Origin: Selaginella moellendorffii
Lineage: Eukaryota; Plantae; Lycopodiophyta
DNA: 64,000 bases
Direction: 5' to 3'
NCBI RefSeq assembly: GCF_000143415.4
Contig: NW_003314267.1
Location: 1,562,100 to 1,626,099 of the forward strand
This document shows positions 23,170 to 37,110 of this stretch, piece after piece. Positions within the stretch are counted from its first letter, which is position 1; each line of letters opens with the position of its first letter. The notes below the pieces were generated by a model. It saw nothing but the letters and a program-made list of their open reading frames with translations. It had not been told where the DNA came from and searched no databases. Both the position numbers and the translations under genes were made by a program.

Positions 23170-24228
23170 TCACGATGCCGCTGCTGGAAACGTCGTTGCC
23201 GCTGATTCCCTTTCCTGGATTTCCCGGGCCATCTTTGCTCGACACCACTGCTTGTAGTCAGCGAGGAGCCCGTCGAGCAACGCAAACTCCATGGCGCCAA
23301 GTATTCGGTCCAGTATCCCGTCGCCTACAGGAAGAACGATGGCCTCGGGCATGAGCGAGAAAGGCAACGGCAAGTCACAGTCGAGCCCCAGCGAAACGGA
23401 GCCGTGGAAGCGACCGGCAGCATTGCTCGCGTTGCTTGCGATGGACGACTGCGCACCAAGATCACCCCCGAGCGAAAACTGTAGATTTATGTCGTCGTTC
23501 ATGCCGGGTGGCAGTCCGATGAATTCGAGCACCAGCTTGTCCGATTCCAGCACCAAAGTCTTGGTTGATTCCCGGTAGAACACCCTGCGAGAAACGCAAA
23601 CGTAAAAAAGATGGCGAAGTTAGCTCTTCTACAGGAAAGACAAGTCGAAACAAAACAAAGTTCTCTAGGATGGATCACGAAGAGCTGTCCAAACTCCCTC
23701 TACGTCATCGAGAAGATCATAGATCTCTAGCTGGAAACACTGCGAGCTCTTCTAGATCGACACTCAAGTAAGTTTCCTTTGTCACTCACAGTTTCCTTGT
23801 CACTTATCTAGCTCGGAGAAACAAAGGGAAACATTCCAAGCGAGCTAGAAGAGCTACAAGGCTCTCTCAAAGGTAGCGTCCGGGAAATCTTACCTGAGGT
23901 AGCAGACTGGTGTTGCCGACACGCTAAAGAAAGTGACGGGCCGGAGTCGCGAGCGCCAGGTGCTGTTGCCCACAAATTCAATCCTCGAGCTGTCCGGGAA
24001 CGCCACTCGGACGATGCGATCCACCTCCTTGACGTAATCCTGCGCTGGGAATCCAAGCCCCCGATAGGGAATGCTCACCGCTCTCTTCGCTCTAAATCCC
24101 ACCATTTGACACCGCGCATTTCCAATCTGACTCCCCGCTCTAGCCCTTACTGCAACCATCGGCATCGAGAGATCCCCCATTCGCGCGGGAGGCGCCGAGA
24201 AGGCCGAGCAAGAAGCCACATTCGCCAT
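23170..24228 (-). CDS. DUF1997 family protein, probably plastid-targeted (exons 23894-24228, 23170-23584)
   Basis: Transit-like N-terminus; YVKEVDRIVRVAFPDSSRIEFVGNSTWRSRL; LPLPFSLMPEAIVLPVGDGILDRILGAM...LLADYKQW. Confidence 0.75.
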
Positions 24229-24397
24229 GGCCACGATAAACCCTAAGAACAGAGAAGTGACACGTACTAAGGGGTTTTACAAAGTGGTGTCCGCGTTGGC
24301 AAGAAAAAATCTGCCACGCAAGCACACACCAATAAAGTGATGTCCGCGTGGTTATAGACGTGGCGAGCCGTACGAGCCACGTCGGCGGATCATAGTC

Positions 24398-26371
24398 TCA
24401 CGATACGGGGAAGTCGCCCGTGAGCTTGATGTGATCCAAAGTTCTGGGAAGTCCAAACTGGACGACGGCGCTCTGCCCGATCCGGAAGCCATCGCCGTAG
24501 GCCGGGGAAGGGTCCATTGCGATCTGGTGCATCACAAACTCGCGCAGCTTGCTCGTGTCGAATTGGTGTGGCGCCGGCTTGGCAGCGCCGTGAGAGGAGC
24601 TGCTCGACGATCCAATCTGCGACTCCAGCCAAGTGTGCGCCATCACCTGGCAAATGCCTTCTTCCACCACCGGATTCAAATGGCTCGGGTATCCTGGAAC
24701 GTTTCCACAAGCTTTGAGTGAGTTTCCTAAACTTTGAGCTTGCGAAGAACTTTACCGTTCAGTCGGAGCCATGCGTGCATTAGTTCGTGCGCGAGAATGG
24801 ATCCTGTCAGCAATCTAATTGTCGATCGGAGGAAAGTTTTAGACATCGATATGGTTTGTGTAGCAAAAACAATATTGTTTTTGCTTACCTGGGGAGCCCA
24901 TACAGCACCAGAATGGCAGTCACCTCACAGTTTCTTCTGAGCTTCATCGACTCCGTTCTCATCTCTCCAAAAAACCCCCGGCTCCTCGGTCTTCTAAACA
25001 CCTGCAAGCATTTCATGAGTCTAGCTCTAGCAAAACTTCCACTTACAGAGGTAACAGTTTGCTCTTCGGATAGAGTCAATCCGCGAGTCTCGGTGAGGTG
25101 ATGTCCCTACAACAAAGCAAATTTTCTTAGCAAAAGGAGAGAAAGAACTAAAGGAAAGGAAAGAAAGCCGAGAATCTACTAACATTACTTTCGTGTGCAC
25201 GAGCCTCATTGAGTGCTTGCCTTTCAACAAGAAGCATCGGTATCTGTTGAGTTATCTTCATGTTCATGCCCTCGTAGAAGTTGATAATCTCCTGGTACAG
25301 AGGCTGCCCTTCGTTTGTGTCCATGACGGCAGAATCCATGCATTCCAAACACAGCTTTCGACCATCGTCTAGAACTACGTACTTGGAGTTTTTCGTCTTC
25401 AGGAAAACATCGCAAAGTAAGAACAACGCAGATCGATTCATGTTTGCTTACCTCCAAACGCTCGCAGCTACAACATCGGGGCGTGTTGTCATCTTCATGT
25501 GAAGGACAGTATCGTTGCCCCCAAAAAGGATGAACTCTATACTCTATCAGGCCAGAATAATTTGGCGGTATCTGAAGAACAAAAACCAACATAAATGCAC
25601 GAACAAGATACTTTGTCGAGACGCCCTTACAAATAAGTTGCAGACATCACACCGAGGATGAAACAGTTCCTTGTAGCAATCTTTGTGATAAGGATCGTTT
25701 CCAGACACCGAGAACTGCATAAAAGATCACCCGCTTATAGAATCCGAGAAACCAACAATGCAAAACTGCGACCATACCTCAGAACCCGAAATTGGTTTAT
25801 TGCACGACGTGCATCTAAAGCATTCCGGATGCCACAAACCTCCCATGCAGCTTAGAAAACGTCCAGGTCCGATGGTCTTTTTACATCGTGCGCACACGTG
25901 AGCTCCAGAAAACCTGCGAGGCATTTAGACGAAGAGACTCTCGCAACGATTTGTAACACAGAAAGCTACCTGCGTGTTCGTCCATCGCCACCGAATGGGA
26001 AGCCAGAAGAGAAGCCAGAGGAGAAGCCAGAGGGGCCTTCACTGATGAAACTTTCCTGCAAAGCTCTCGCCAATGCCTCGTCGTTGTCTGTGGCGCCTTT
26101 GTCTCTTGCCGCAGGCTTGTCGTCTGGAAAGGCAAAAACCTCGTCACCAGTGAAACCAAAAACTTCAATCGAAACATTTACCGTAGTGATCGCTGAGTGA
26201 CAAAGCTATGGCTCGATCCAGCTCCTCGTCCGCCTATAACACGCTTACTTTGTCTAGAATTCTTGTTTCTTACACGAAGGAAAGAAGCACAAGTACCTCG
26301 GAGGACGAATTATGGGAGATTTCATGAACCTTCTGGTGCAAAGGCTTGAAAATCTTATCAAACCACTTCAT
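24398..26371 (-). CDS. DA1: DA1/DA1-related LIM-domain zinc peptidase, multi-exon
   Basis: MKWFDKIFK start, UIM-like [85 protein letters not shown]. Confidence 0.93.
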
Positions 26372-27536
26372 TGTGGAGAGCTTGTCCCAAAATCTAAAAC
26401 CCTGGCAATCCATGAACAGTCCGCCACATTTAGATCACAGTGGCGAACAGGGAAACCTCCAATCTCACCTCGATATGGCGAAAGCCTAGGAGCGATCGAT
26501 CGATGAGCGCTGGAATGAGAATCCTCGCGATCGGCTGCTGGAAATCTGGAGCTCCCGCGCCGCGACGCGATCAGAGACCCGACTAGGCATTCCTAATGCG
26601 CTTCGCCTTCCGAGGCATTTCCTCGCTACTACGACCTACAAACAAAATAAAAAGATCTAAGAAAGAAAATTTAACTTCAGATGGAATGGACGCATCGCAG
26701 CCGTTCGATCTATTCATCGGTCGCGACGGCCCAGATCACGAGCTTACTAAGAATATCAAGGTATATTCTGATTTAAATCTTAAATTTGTTTTTCATTAAA
26801 GTTTATTCGCTAATACAATAAGCTGTATTTAAATTTTTAGTGTAAATAATTGTTTTGATTTGTTTATTTATTTTCTTACTAAAAGATGTTAGCTTTGAAA
26901 TTAATCTTTACTCTTGCTTACCTTTGATGAAATCCTAGGCATAACTCTAATGTATTAACGAATAGCTAGAGATTGATCATCAAATCAAAATTAAAGAATT
27001 AATGAACTAAATCATACCTTTGTAAGGATAAAAACGTTTTTCCACTTAAATTTTATGACATTGAATTTAAAGGTTGGAGCTCTGGATGTAAAGTGTGCAT
27101 TGCAATCTATGCATAGCAGAGTCACTCTTACTTGCCACTTTGTGAAGCATATTTTATGTCTTGAATTGATTGTAGGTGATGATTCATAAGTACTAGAAGT
27201 TGAAGAGTTCTTACCTTTCTCATGGCACAATATTCCCAAACAAGCTATTTAAGAAGTTGAAGGTGTGAGGTAATAGGATGAATCCTAGTAACAGTGGCAT
27301 TAGCAGCAATGCAATAATGATGATGAGAAAGGAGTTCAGAAATGTGTCCTACTGCTTTATCCTTAGCATAGTCCTGGTCACCACCATCCAAAATCCAAGC
27401 TCTTCTAGATCTTAGCCAGAAACATCAGAATTGATCAAGTGTGTTCTAGATACTTGAATATACTTGGATGTGTTTACATTGTTTGGCCATCATAATTAAA
27501 GCTATGGGTGTATTGATATGTGTCATGCCCCATTCT

Positions 27537-27611
27537 AATATTATAATGCACACAATTATATTTTGATTGCTTTTATAGCAATCAAAATGTAATTATGTTC
27601 ATTATGATATT
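27537..27611. repeat. Imperfect palindrome, 35-bp arms around a 5-nt loop
   Basis: aatattataatgcacacaattatattttgattgct pairs with agcaatcaaaatgtaattatgttcattatgatatt (4 mismatches); a related core sits at ~3182-3208. Confidence 0.8.
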
Positions 27612-28489
27612 GTGTGCAATTGAAAACAAAAAAAGTATTCTTACATGAGTAAAAAAAAGATATACCCACAGTTTGCTTTTAATATTGTATTCATCAAGGT
27701 GTTAAAATTTTGAGATATGATATTGATTGAAATGTTATTCTTATTTATATTTCATTCTCATGGAGGGAAAGATACTGAAGATGTTCCACTAGCAAAGCCA
27801 ACACCTTCAAGAGTAGCTGGAGCTTTGCTCCCAAAAACACCAATGTTAGGGCCACTAGCACCACCACCCAAGCCTTTTTACCAGCTTCAATTCCCAGAAC
27901 TCCCTCCCCAACAGCACTGGATGGTACCTATGACACTTCCTCAATATGGACCAGCTCATGCATATTACTTGCCAATGTTACTATCTCATCTTGGGTTCAT
28001 GCACAGCCAGAACATGTACTTGGGCCCCCATATGATCAACCAAACTCTCAGTCAACAAGCCACACTCCAGCCCATTCAAAAAGTGTAAAGCATGCCTTGC
28101 AAAAGAAAGACAAAGACAAAAGGTGTAGTATCAACAGAAGACTCCTTCCAGATTATCAATTAATACAATCAGATGGGCTAATAGAAGTGGAATCCTCTCA
28201 AGATACCATAATCTAGCAGCATCTAAAGGAGCTTGGCTAGGCTCATCTACATCCAACTCAGGCCTCACAAGCAACTCTAAACAGTGTTAGACTCTCAGCA
28301 AGGAGAAAACAACAGCCCACCAGACTCTAAGGCCATCTCAAATGCCAAACTTCAACACTATGGGCCGAGGATAGATTTCTGTTCATAATGTTATTTAGTT
28401 AACAGTTGAAAGTTGGATTGAAATTGATTACATATGTACCCCTCATTCTGGTAATTTTTCTATTTCTAACCATTGTGCAGTATGCCCAG

Positions 28490-29910
28490 CCACACACAAT
28501 CCATCTCGGCTGTTGGAATCTACAAGGCCTGAAAGCCCAAAGTACTCATGAGCTGGCCGAGATGGACAGGTATGATGTTGTAGCATTTGGTGGAACTTGG
28601 GAGCATGAGGAGTCTCACCTGCCACAGCTGCCAAAGTTTGCTCTCTTCTTGGCCTAGAAGCCATTACAACCCAGACAACACACAGGATCTAGAGGCATTG
28701 CAGTCTATGCACAGCTTCTGGAAATAGATCCAGATTGCCACTACATAGCATTGGCTTTAGCCCAAAAGGATGTCGGATCTTATATTATTTTCCTCCCAGT
28801 TGGATCCGTCAGCAGCCAAAGCCTTATGCCCCTCTCACGACCAAGCTTCCTGACTGGAGACATAACGCCAAGGTGGTGATCCTCAGGGATATGAATGCCT
28901 GCACTGGGAGTTCACAAGTTACACTTTGAGACGACGAGGGAAACCTTGTGCCACACTTCACATACCAGGATGAGATGGAGGAAAACAACTCATTGAGGCA
29001 TGCTTTACACACGACTTGATTATCCTCAATGGTACACTACCATGTGGGATGGTATACATGTCAGATGAGTTGAGGGAATAGTACCACTGATTACACACTC
29101 ATAGACCACACCTTGGTACCTGAGGTGATAGACTTTCATCTCCAATACATGCCTGACCTGAAGACAGTGGATCATTGCCCACTGGGAGTATCCTTGAAGA
29201 TACTGCCTATCACAACTGCTCCAGGAGAATTCCCCACCTCCATCACATACAAATTGGTGGATAATTGCCGAATGTTGTATGTAGAATGGGTACAAGATCT
29301 ATAGAAGGCCTCTCTATCACTGAGAAGAGCATGCAGAAGTCTTGGTTAAGGTCCTTACAATAGTGGCTCAATTCACCCTTCCACAACACTCCACTCAATA
29401 ACACCCTTGAAGAATGCCAAAAATGGCATGCATTAAAGAAGTAAAAAGCCATACATGAAGCACTTGGTGCACCATATCTTCTGCAAGCTTAGGAAACGAG
29501 CTTTTCTAGCCAGGAAGAATGCAAACAATAACAACTCTAAACAGCATCAGCCATTGCCTAATAACTTTTCCAAAAGCCTGCCAAAAAGATCCTGCTGATG
29601 GACATGGACATCTAGATAGCATACCTTCGCTAGCTCTACAGTTCTACTGCTCCATCAATTGTCCATGAATGGGACAGAGGCAACCTTGATTTCACTATTG
29701 AAGAGCTGGCCTGAAATACACAAAAGCCCAGATGTTCATGGCCTAACAGTCAAGCTTCTCCAAGCATGTGATGAAGGCTTTCTAGCACAGAGTATCTTTG
29801 ATGACATCCTTTGCAACGGATTTCCGAAACAAGGGACTGTGAATCTCATAGTGCCTATACATAAGACTGGAGACGAGTTGCTTCCCATGAACTACTGTAC
29901 TTCTTACACA
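28490..29910 (+). mobile_element. Degenerate LINE ORF2 remnant (APE endonuclease and start of RT)
   Basis: Ordered motifs across broken frames: CWNLQGL..DVVAFGGTW, VILRDMNACTG, DHCPL, KSPDVHGL, FPKQ..LIVPIHKTGD..PMNY. Confidence 0.8.
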
Positions 29911-30052
29911 TTGATCTCATGGGACAGTGTCCTCCTTGATTATCTTCTCTAACTCCATTGCTTTTGTCTAAAAAAGAATATAGGCTTATGGTACGGAAAG
30001 CCAAAAATAGATCTCTACTTTTTTAAAATGGGAATTCTGTCGTGGCATTGTG

Positions 30053-30120
30053 ACGTGGCGGATTTGCCTACGTGGCATGCCGCATTCTTTTGTTTTAGGG
30101 CTTTTGGCCCAAAAACCCTA
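30053..30120 (+). promoter_or_regulatory. TIM13 promoter motifs: two ACGTGGC boxes, site II (GGCCCA), telo-box (AAACCCTA)
   Basis: Motifs at ~30053, ~30070, 30106-30111 and 30113-30120, just upstream of ATG 30134. Confidence 0.5.
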
Positions 30121-30133
30121 GGGCCTGTAAGCG

Positions 30134-30442
30134 ATGGATTTCTCTTCGCCCTCTTCCTCCTCGAATGACGCGATGATGGATCAGCTCAAGAACCAGCTCG
30201 CGCAGGCCTACGCGCAGGAGTTCTTCGGGGTACGCTCTCTCCCACTCTCTTGCTCCTCCCCGTTTGATAGATTTTTGTGTCTAAATCTCTAGACCGTGCG
30301 CGAGAAATGCTTTGCGAAATGTGTCACCAAGCCCAGCAGCAGCCTGAGTGGATCCGAGAGCAGCTGCATTTCAAAGTGCGTGGATCGCTACATCGAAGCC
30401 ACCGGGATTGTGAGCAGGGCCCTCTTTAACGCCGCCAAGTGA
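30134..30442 (+). CDS. TIM13: Mitochondrial small TIM chaperone TIM13 (exons 30134-30229, 30293-30442); missed by the ORF track
   Basis: MDFSSPSSSSNDAMMDQLKNQLAQAYAQEFFG|TVREKCFAKCVTKPSSSLSGSESSCISKCVDRYIEATGIVSRALFNAAK*, twin CX3C. Confidence 0.93.
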
Positions 30443-30657
30443 GTGAGTGAGTCTTATACTCGCTCTTGTTCTCTCTCTCTCTCGATCCAATCCATTTTTC
30501 CTTTCTTCTCTTTGAGAATCCAGACTAAAAATCTCTCTTTTCTACTTTGTGATGCACTGGTTTCGAGACGAGCTCTTTAGACATTTCCAACAAGTATAAG
30601 AATGATCACACAAACTCTTGGTACGCGAGTGTTCTAAAAATCTCTGTTTTGGTTCTT

Positions 30658-31743
<1,086 letters not shown>

Positions 31744-31958
31744 CTATCCCTTCCCTTAGGTCAAATCAATCGAGTCGATCACGCCGTGCAGATCCAAGCG
31801 CCTTAGCCTCTGCTGCTGCCGCTGCTCCTAGAAATCGAGATCAATCGATCCTCGCGGTGAAAAATCCGGCCTAGAAAAGAACTCTCCACTAGAGAGTATT
31901 TAGGGCGGCTATAATGCGTATTTGTGTTCTCAAATTTTAGGGTTCTTGGAGGGCATCC

Positions 31959-33340
31959 ATGGCGACGGAGGAAGCGACCGCGGCGACGAACTGTAAGTGT
32001 GATTTCTCGCTGGATTCTCGGTTCTATCGCTGCGCTACTCGATTTCCAGGCACATTCTTCAAGAAGCCTCCCAAGAACAGGAATCTGAGGAAGCGGCCAC
32101 AGGAGGAAGAGGCGGCAGGCGATGGCGCCGGCAGCGGCAGCGACGAGGAGAAATCCGCGGTTGTCCACAAGCCAAAGGCGCCACGCAAGGGCGGATTCAC
32201 GACCGGAGTAGCGCAGCGATCGGGCGCCGACGAGGCAGCGGCGGCTGGGGCGGGCAGCACGAGCAAGAACACATTCTTCTACGAGTCCTCCAAGGAGATC
32301 CAGGCCCAGGACAGCTACGCGACCGCGGCGCTAGAGACCGAGACCGAGTTCGACAAGGACGCGCGGGCGCTGCGCGAGAAGGTGCTCCAGGCGGCGGCCA
32401 AGCGGATCAAATCCTCCAGCGATCCCTTCGACGCCACCACCAACAAGGAGAAAGGCGAGGACAAAGGAGAGAAGAAACCAGCGATCTACAAGGGACTCAA
32501 CGCTTACACCGATCACCGCGCTGGGTTTCGGCGAGAGAACAGCATCGCCTCCGAGAAAGCTGGAGGGGCTCACGGGCCTCTCCGCGCGGCCTCCAACGTG
32601 AGAATGTCGGTGAGGTTCGACTACCAGCCGGATGTTTGCAAGGATTACAAGGAGACTGGCTACTGCGGTTATGGCGATTCCTGCAAGTACTTGCACGACC
32701 GGGGGGACTATAAGTCGGGGTGGCAGCTCGAGCGGGACTGGGAGGAGGCACAGCGGGAAAAGAAGGAGAGGTTGATGAGGGGGATCAAGGAGATGGTGGA
32801 AGGCAAAGAGGAGGATGAGGAGGAGGACGACGAGCTGCCTTTCGCGTGCTTCATCTGCCGCGAGTCGTTCGTGAATCCGGTCGTGACGGCTTGCAAGCAC
32901 TACTTCTGTGAAAGCTGTGCTCTCGAGGTGCGTTTTTGTTTTGTTCTTCCTTCTTCCTTTTGTCCGAGATCTCTGTTCTCTTTTCTTCCAAGTTTTAGAT
33001 CTCTTTCTCTTCGATCTGGTACCTTTGTTATATCTTGTTCTCTTTTTCCGAGTTTTAGATCGAGAAGTCTCTTTCTCTTCGAGCTGGTTGATTCTTAATC
33101 ACCTTCTTGGTTTGAACTTTTTTCTCTCTTCTTCCAAGTTTTAGATCGAAAAGTCCTGCTTTCTCTTCGAGCTGGTTGATTCAAAGTGTCAGTTCTTAAA
33201 GTTTTTTTCTCTTTCGAGCTAAAAGTTTTCCTTTTTTGCAGCACTACAAGAAGAACAAATCGTGTTTTGTGTGCAACAAGCCCACGAACGGGCTCTTCAA
33301 CACAGCACACATCATTTTGAAGAAGCTAAGGAAGCCATAG
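31959..33340 (+). CDS. CCCH + RING splicing factor (CWC24/RNF113-like)
   Basis: [38 protein letters not shown]; [30 protein letters not shown]|[20 protein letters not shown]...RKP*. Confidence 0.93.
32986..33182. repeat. Three ~35-50-bp repeats in the CWC24 intron
   Basis: ttcc(a/g)agttttagatc...ctttctcttcga(g/t)ctggt occurs at ~32986, ~33046 and ~33131. Confidence 0.75.
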
Positions 33341-33420
33341 CTGTGGTAAAGTCTTCCTTCTTCTTTGCGATAAATCTCTGTTTCTTCTTAGGGCTCTCTT
33401 CACTCCAACTAGTAGGGTTT

Positions 33421-33844
33421 ATGGAGGAGGCATCGATCGTGTACCGCTGCAGGAAGTGCCGCCAAATTGTAGCCACCGACTCGAGCGTCCAGCGCCATGA
33501 TCCAGGCTCCGGCGAGCAGGCCTTCTCGTGGAAGAAGCGATCCAACAACGACGAGGCCAAACCGCGCGAGTGCTCGTCGATCTTTGTGGAGCCAATGCAA
33601 TGGATGAATGGAGGTTAGCTTATCCTTTTTTTTCTCCTCAAACCATGCGATCTGTCTACTTTGTTTAGTTCAAGATGGCAGTGTGGAAGGGAAGCTCTTG
33701 TGTAACGTCTGCCAGGCGAGGCTGGGGAGCTTTAACTGGTCGGGGCTACAGTGTAGCTGTGGAGCTTGGGTGAATCCAGCGTTCCAGCTCCACAAGAATC
33801 GTTTGGATGCTACTACACTCGTGGTAAGCGATAGAGAGAAATAA
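33421..33844 (+). CDS. Stand-alone YVH1/DUSP12-type zinc-binding domain protein (no phosphatase domain), 2 exons
   Basis: YRCRKCRQIVA..H..G.G..F.W.KR..CSSIFVEPMQWM|..EGKLLC..CQARLGSFNWSGLQCSCGAWVNPAFQLHKNRLD. Confidence 0.88.
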
Positions 33845-33992
33845 AAAAAGAACAAGAGGGGAGCTTACTTTTCTCTGAGAAGTTATCATCGGAGAAGCAA
33901 ACCTTCTTCTCCGCCGGGCACCAATGAAGCCCAGCACTGTCGATATAATCCATTTTCAAATAGATAGGGGAAAGTCTGTCTCTCCCCTTTTA

Positions 33993-36712
33993 TCAAGCGT
34001 ATAGAACGTCCTCCCATGGATGCCGGTACAATGGCTGTTTCAATCTCTTTTGGTCGAATGTGTGCCTGCAAAGAATGTCAAAGTTTGAGAGCTGGAACAA
34101 CTTCTAACAGTTGGAAGGAAGCTTACCCGATGAGACCGATGCTCCTGGCGAGAACAAAGAGGCCGTTCAAGTAGCCAATCTCCACAATGTCATCGATCTC
34201 TTGCTGGTTAAACATGGCGCAGCTGACTAGCAAGTCGAGGAAGAGCGAGCCAATGGCACCGTCCACGTTGAGCACCAGGTTGTTGGCTTTGGTCAGTGTG
34301 TACGTCTCTACTTGCACGGCATACTCCATGTATTTCACTGAGGGGAAGTGGAGACGAGCATACTTCTGGAGGAACTCGACTCTCTTGTCCCGGTTGTCAC
34401 GGCTCTTTATCCTGAGAGACACGATAGTATGTGTAAGAACTCCAAATGACCCTATAGTTACCTGTGACCAATCCCTGGAACACGAATTCCTTTCTTTTTC
34501 ATCGTCTCCACGAACTCGTGTGGGTTTAGTTGCTGCATGGGAAAGTAAAAAGGAAGGATCAAATTATTCCTTTGCGGGAGAATAGTGTGGCAGCTTACTC
34601 TATCGTACGCATCTTTGAAGTAGCGTGCTGCATCGTCAATCGCACCTCCAAATCTTGGTCCGATAGTAAGGAGACCTGCGACAGACAATTACTTCATGCA
34701 AGAAATATAGGGCCTTTACCGGATACAAGGCAAGAAACCAAGTCTTTCCCAGCTCGAGAAGTGACTATGGAGTTGTGTGCTCCAGAAACACATGGGCCGT
34801 GATCTGCGCACAGGATAATGCACATCTGCGTCGAGGAAACTTGGAGAACCACAAAATTTACTGAAAATGAATGCTTACCTCAATAAACTTGGTGGCATAG
34901 CGAGGAAGATTCTTTTTAAACCATAGCAAAGATATGACGTCTCCAACGCCAAACTCCTTTTCAATAATGTTGGAAATAGGGACGCCAGCGTATGTCGGTT
35001 CTTCACCTGCAGCAAAAGTAAACAGAATTACCGCCATATGGTTTGGAAAGTATAGCTTTGAAACCTCTATCATCACAAATGGTAGAAACAATGTGAGTGG
35101 GAGCACGAACTTTGCCGTTCTTCACAGCAATGTTAAGGTCTTCGGGAACAATGGGAGGAGTAACGTCGACCACAGGAATAATTACACCACTTGCAACCTG
35201 CATTTCTCCATAAGAATGCAAAACTTGAATGTTTTTTGAGCACTTACCAGCTTCTCAAAAGTGTCTTTAATGACGGCTTCCAAAGACTCGAAAGATGTTG
35301 GCACAATAGCACCAGCTTCCTTCAGAGCTTTGTTTTTTCCCTGTGCCGACTCCAAGTCTCCTCCACTTTTGGCACCCTGACAAAACAAACGAGCGTCTAA
35401 GACTTTGGCTTAATCATCATAAGATCCGCACTCACAGCATGACCAAACTGGACTTCAGACTTGAAGAGCTTCGCACAAGTTCCGCTGACCCACGCGACAA
35501 CAGGCTTGTGAACTCTTCCTTGTTGAAGAGCCTCGACTAAAGAATACTCATCCGTTCCTCCAAGTTCTCCCAAAACCACAATCAATTTTATCTACAGGCA
35601 AAACAGTATAAACACGTCAAAACACACACAAACAAAAGATTTACTTGAGGTATGTTGTTAAATCGAAGGACGTGATCCGACAACGTAGATCCCGGAAAGA
35701 CATCGCCTCCGATTGCAATTCCTAACGAGATAAATAAATCCAAGGTTCAGATCAATCAAGGACAACGCAAAAGACAAACCTTCGTAGAGCCCGTCAGTTG
35801 CACGAGCAAGAACGTTGTACATCTCGTTGGACATGCCTCCCTGAAAGGGCCCCAGGCATATCGTCAGTGAATAAAAACCAAGAACACTTACAGATTTGGA
35901 GACAAATCCCACGGACCCAGGGCGATAAAGCTTACAACTCACGATGTTATCGAGAGTACCAGCAGTATCTCCAATCTTGAAGGCACCAGCCTGCATACCA
36001 CCTACAGTAGCAGGCCCAATGACTACCTATGAACAAGTGAAGAACAAATCTCGTAAGTTTATTCCAAGTCTCAAGAGTACCTTGTTATTTGCTCTGGCAT
36101 ACGCTATCAGCTTTTTGGCATCGCCTTCCGGGACTCCCTCGGCAATAATAGCGACGACTCGTATCGTTGGTTGCTTGAGAGCTTCCATTGACGAAGCAAA
36201 GGCACTGTAAAACACGTAAGACAAAGGTCAACCAATTAGCTTACATGGAATTCTCCTCGCGACGTCACAAACACGAAGGTCTTACCTCCTAAACGACGCG
36301 AAGTTAATAAATACGTCTGCTGTGGGATGTGCCTTACATCCAGCGACGACACTGTTGGATAGAAAGAGCCATTTAATAGATCGTCGCTACCAACTAGACC
36401 AGAGATCTCGAAACAAGCAAGAGATTTCGAGATATCGGGAAGGATATTCCACTCACCTCCCATAAACCGGCACGGCAATCTCTTCCTGCCCGAAGAAGAG
36501 CTTCTGGAATCCATCAGATCCGGGATTGACAATGCCGGCCACCGATGGGAGCTCCCGCGCTGCAATGCCGGCCATCCGGCGTTAGAATCTCCACAAAACG
36601 AGCCTCCCCTACCGCACAGGAAGTCGAAATCCAGCATCCGCTGGATGGGGCTTTGCTTGAAATTGTAGAAGAGCGCCTGCGTAGATCGCGAGAAGAGCTG
36701 CCCCGTCGCCAT
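33993..36712 (-). CDS. ACLB: ATP-citrate lyase subunit B, multi-exon
   Basis: [75 protein letters not shown]. Confidence 0.96.
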
Positions 36713-37110
36713 CGCGGCTCCTATCGATCGACCTCGAGCGCTGCTCAAATCGCGCTTGCGCAGCGCTCTTCTCGCCAAAATAAAATAAACTAAACCTAAA
36801 TTTCTCCCACTATGCTTTTCCCAACTACCTGGCCTTTCTCTCTAGAAGGGTAGGAATATCATCCAGCTTTGATGAGACCAAAAAATAGAAACAAAGGGGG
36901 CGCATCAAGAAAGATTCGCTTATTTTTATTCCCTTGTTATCCATTGAAGAAGATGATGCCAATATACAACGCACGAATGCGTGCTTTTAGTAGTAGACAT
37001 AGTGGTGGTGTTGACGACGGAGAACAAAGAACTCTGGAAAACACGAAAGAAAACGCAAAGAAGAAACAAACCATGGAAGAACGAAGAAATGAGTGTTAGA
37101 ACTTTGGTGT

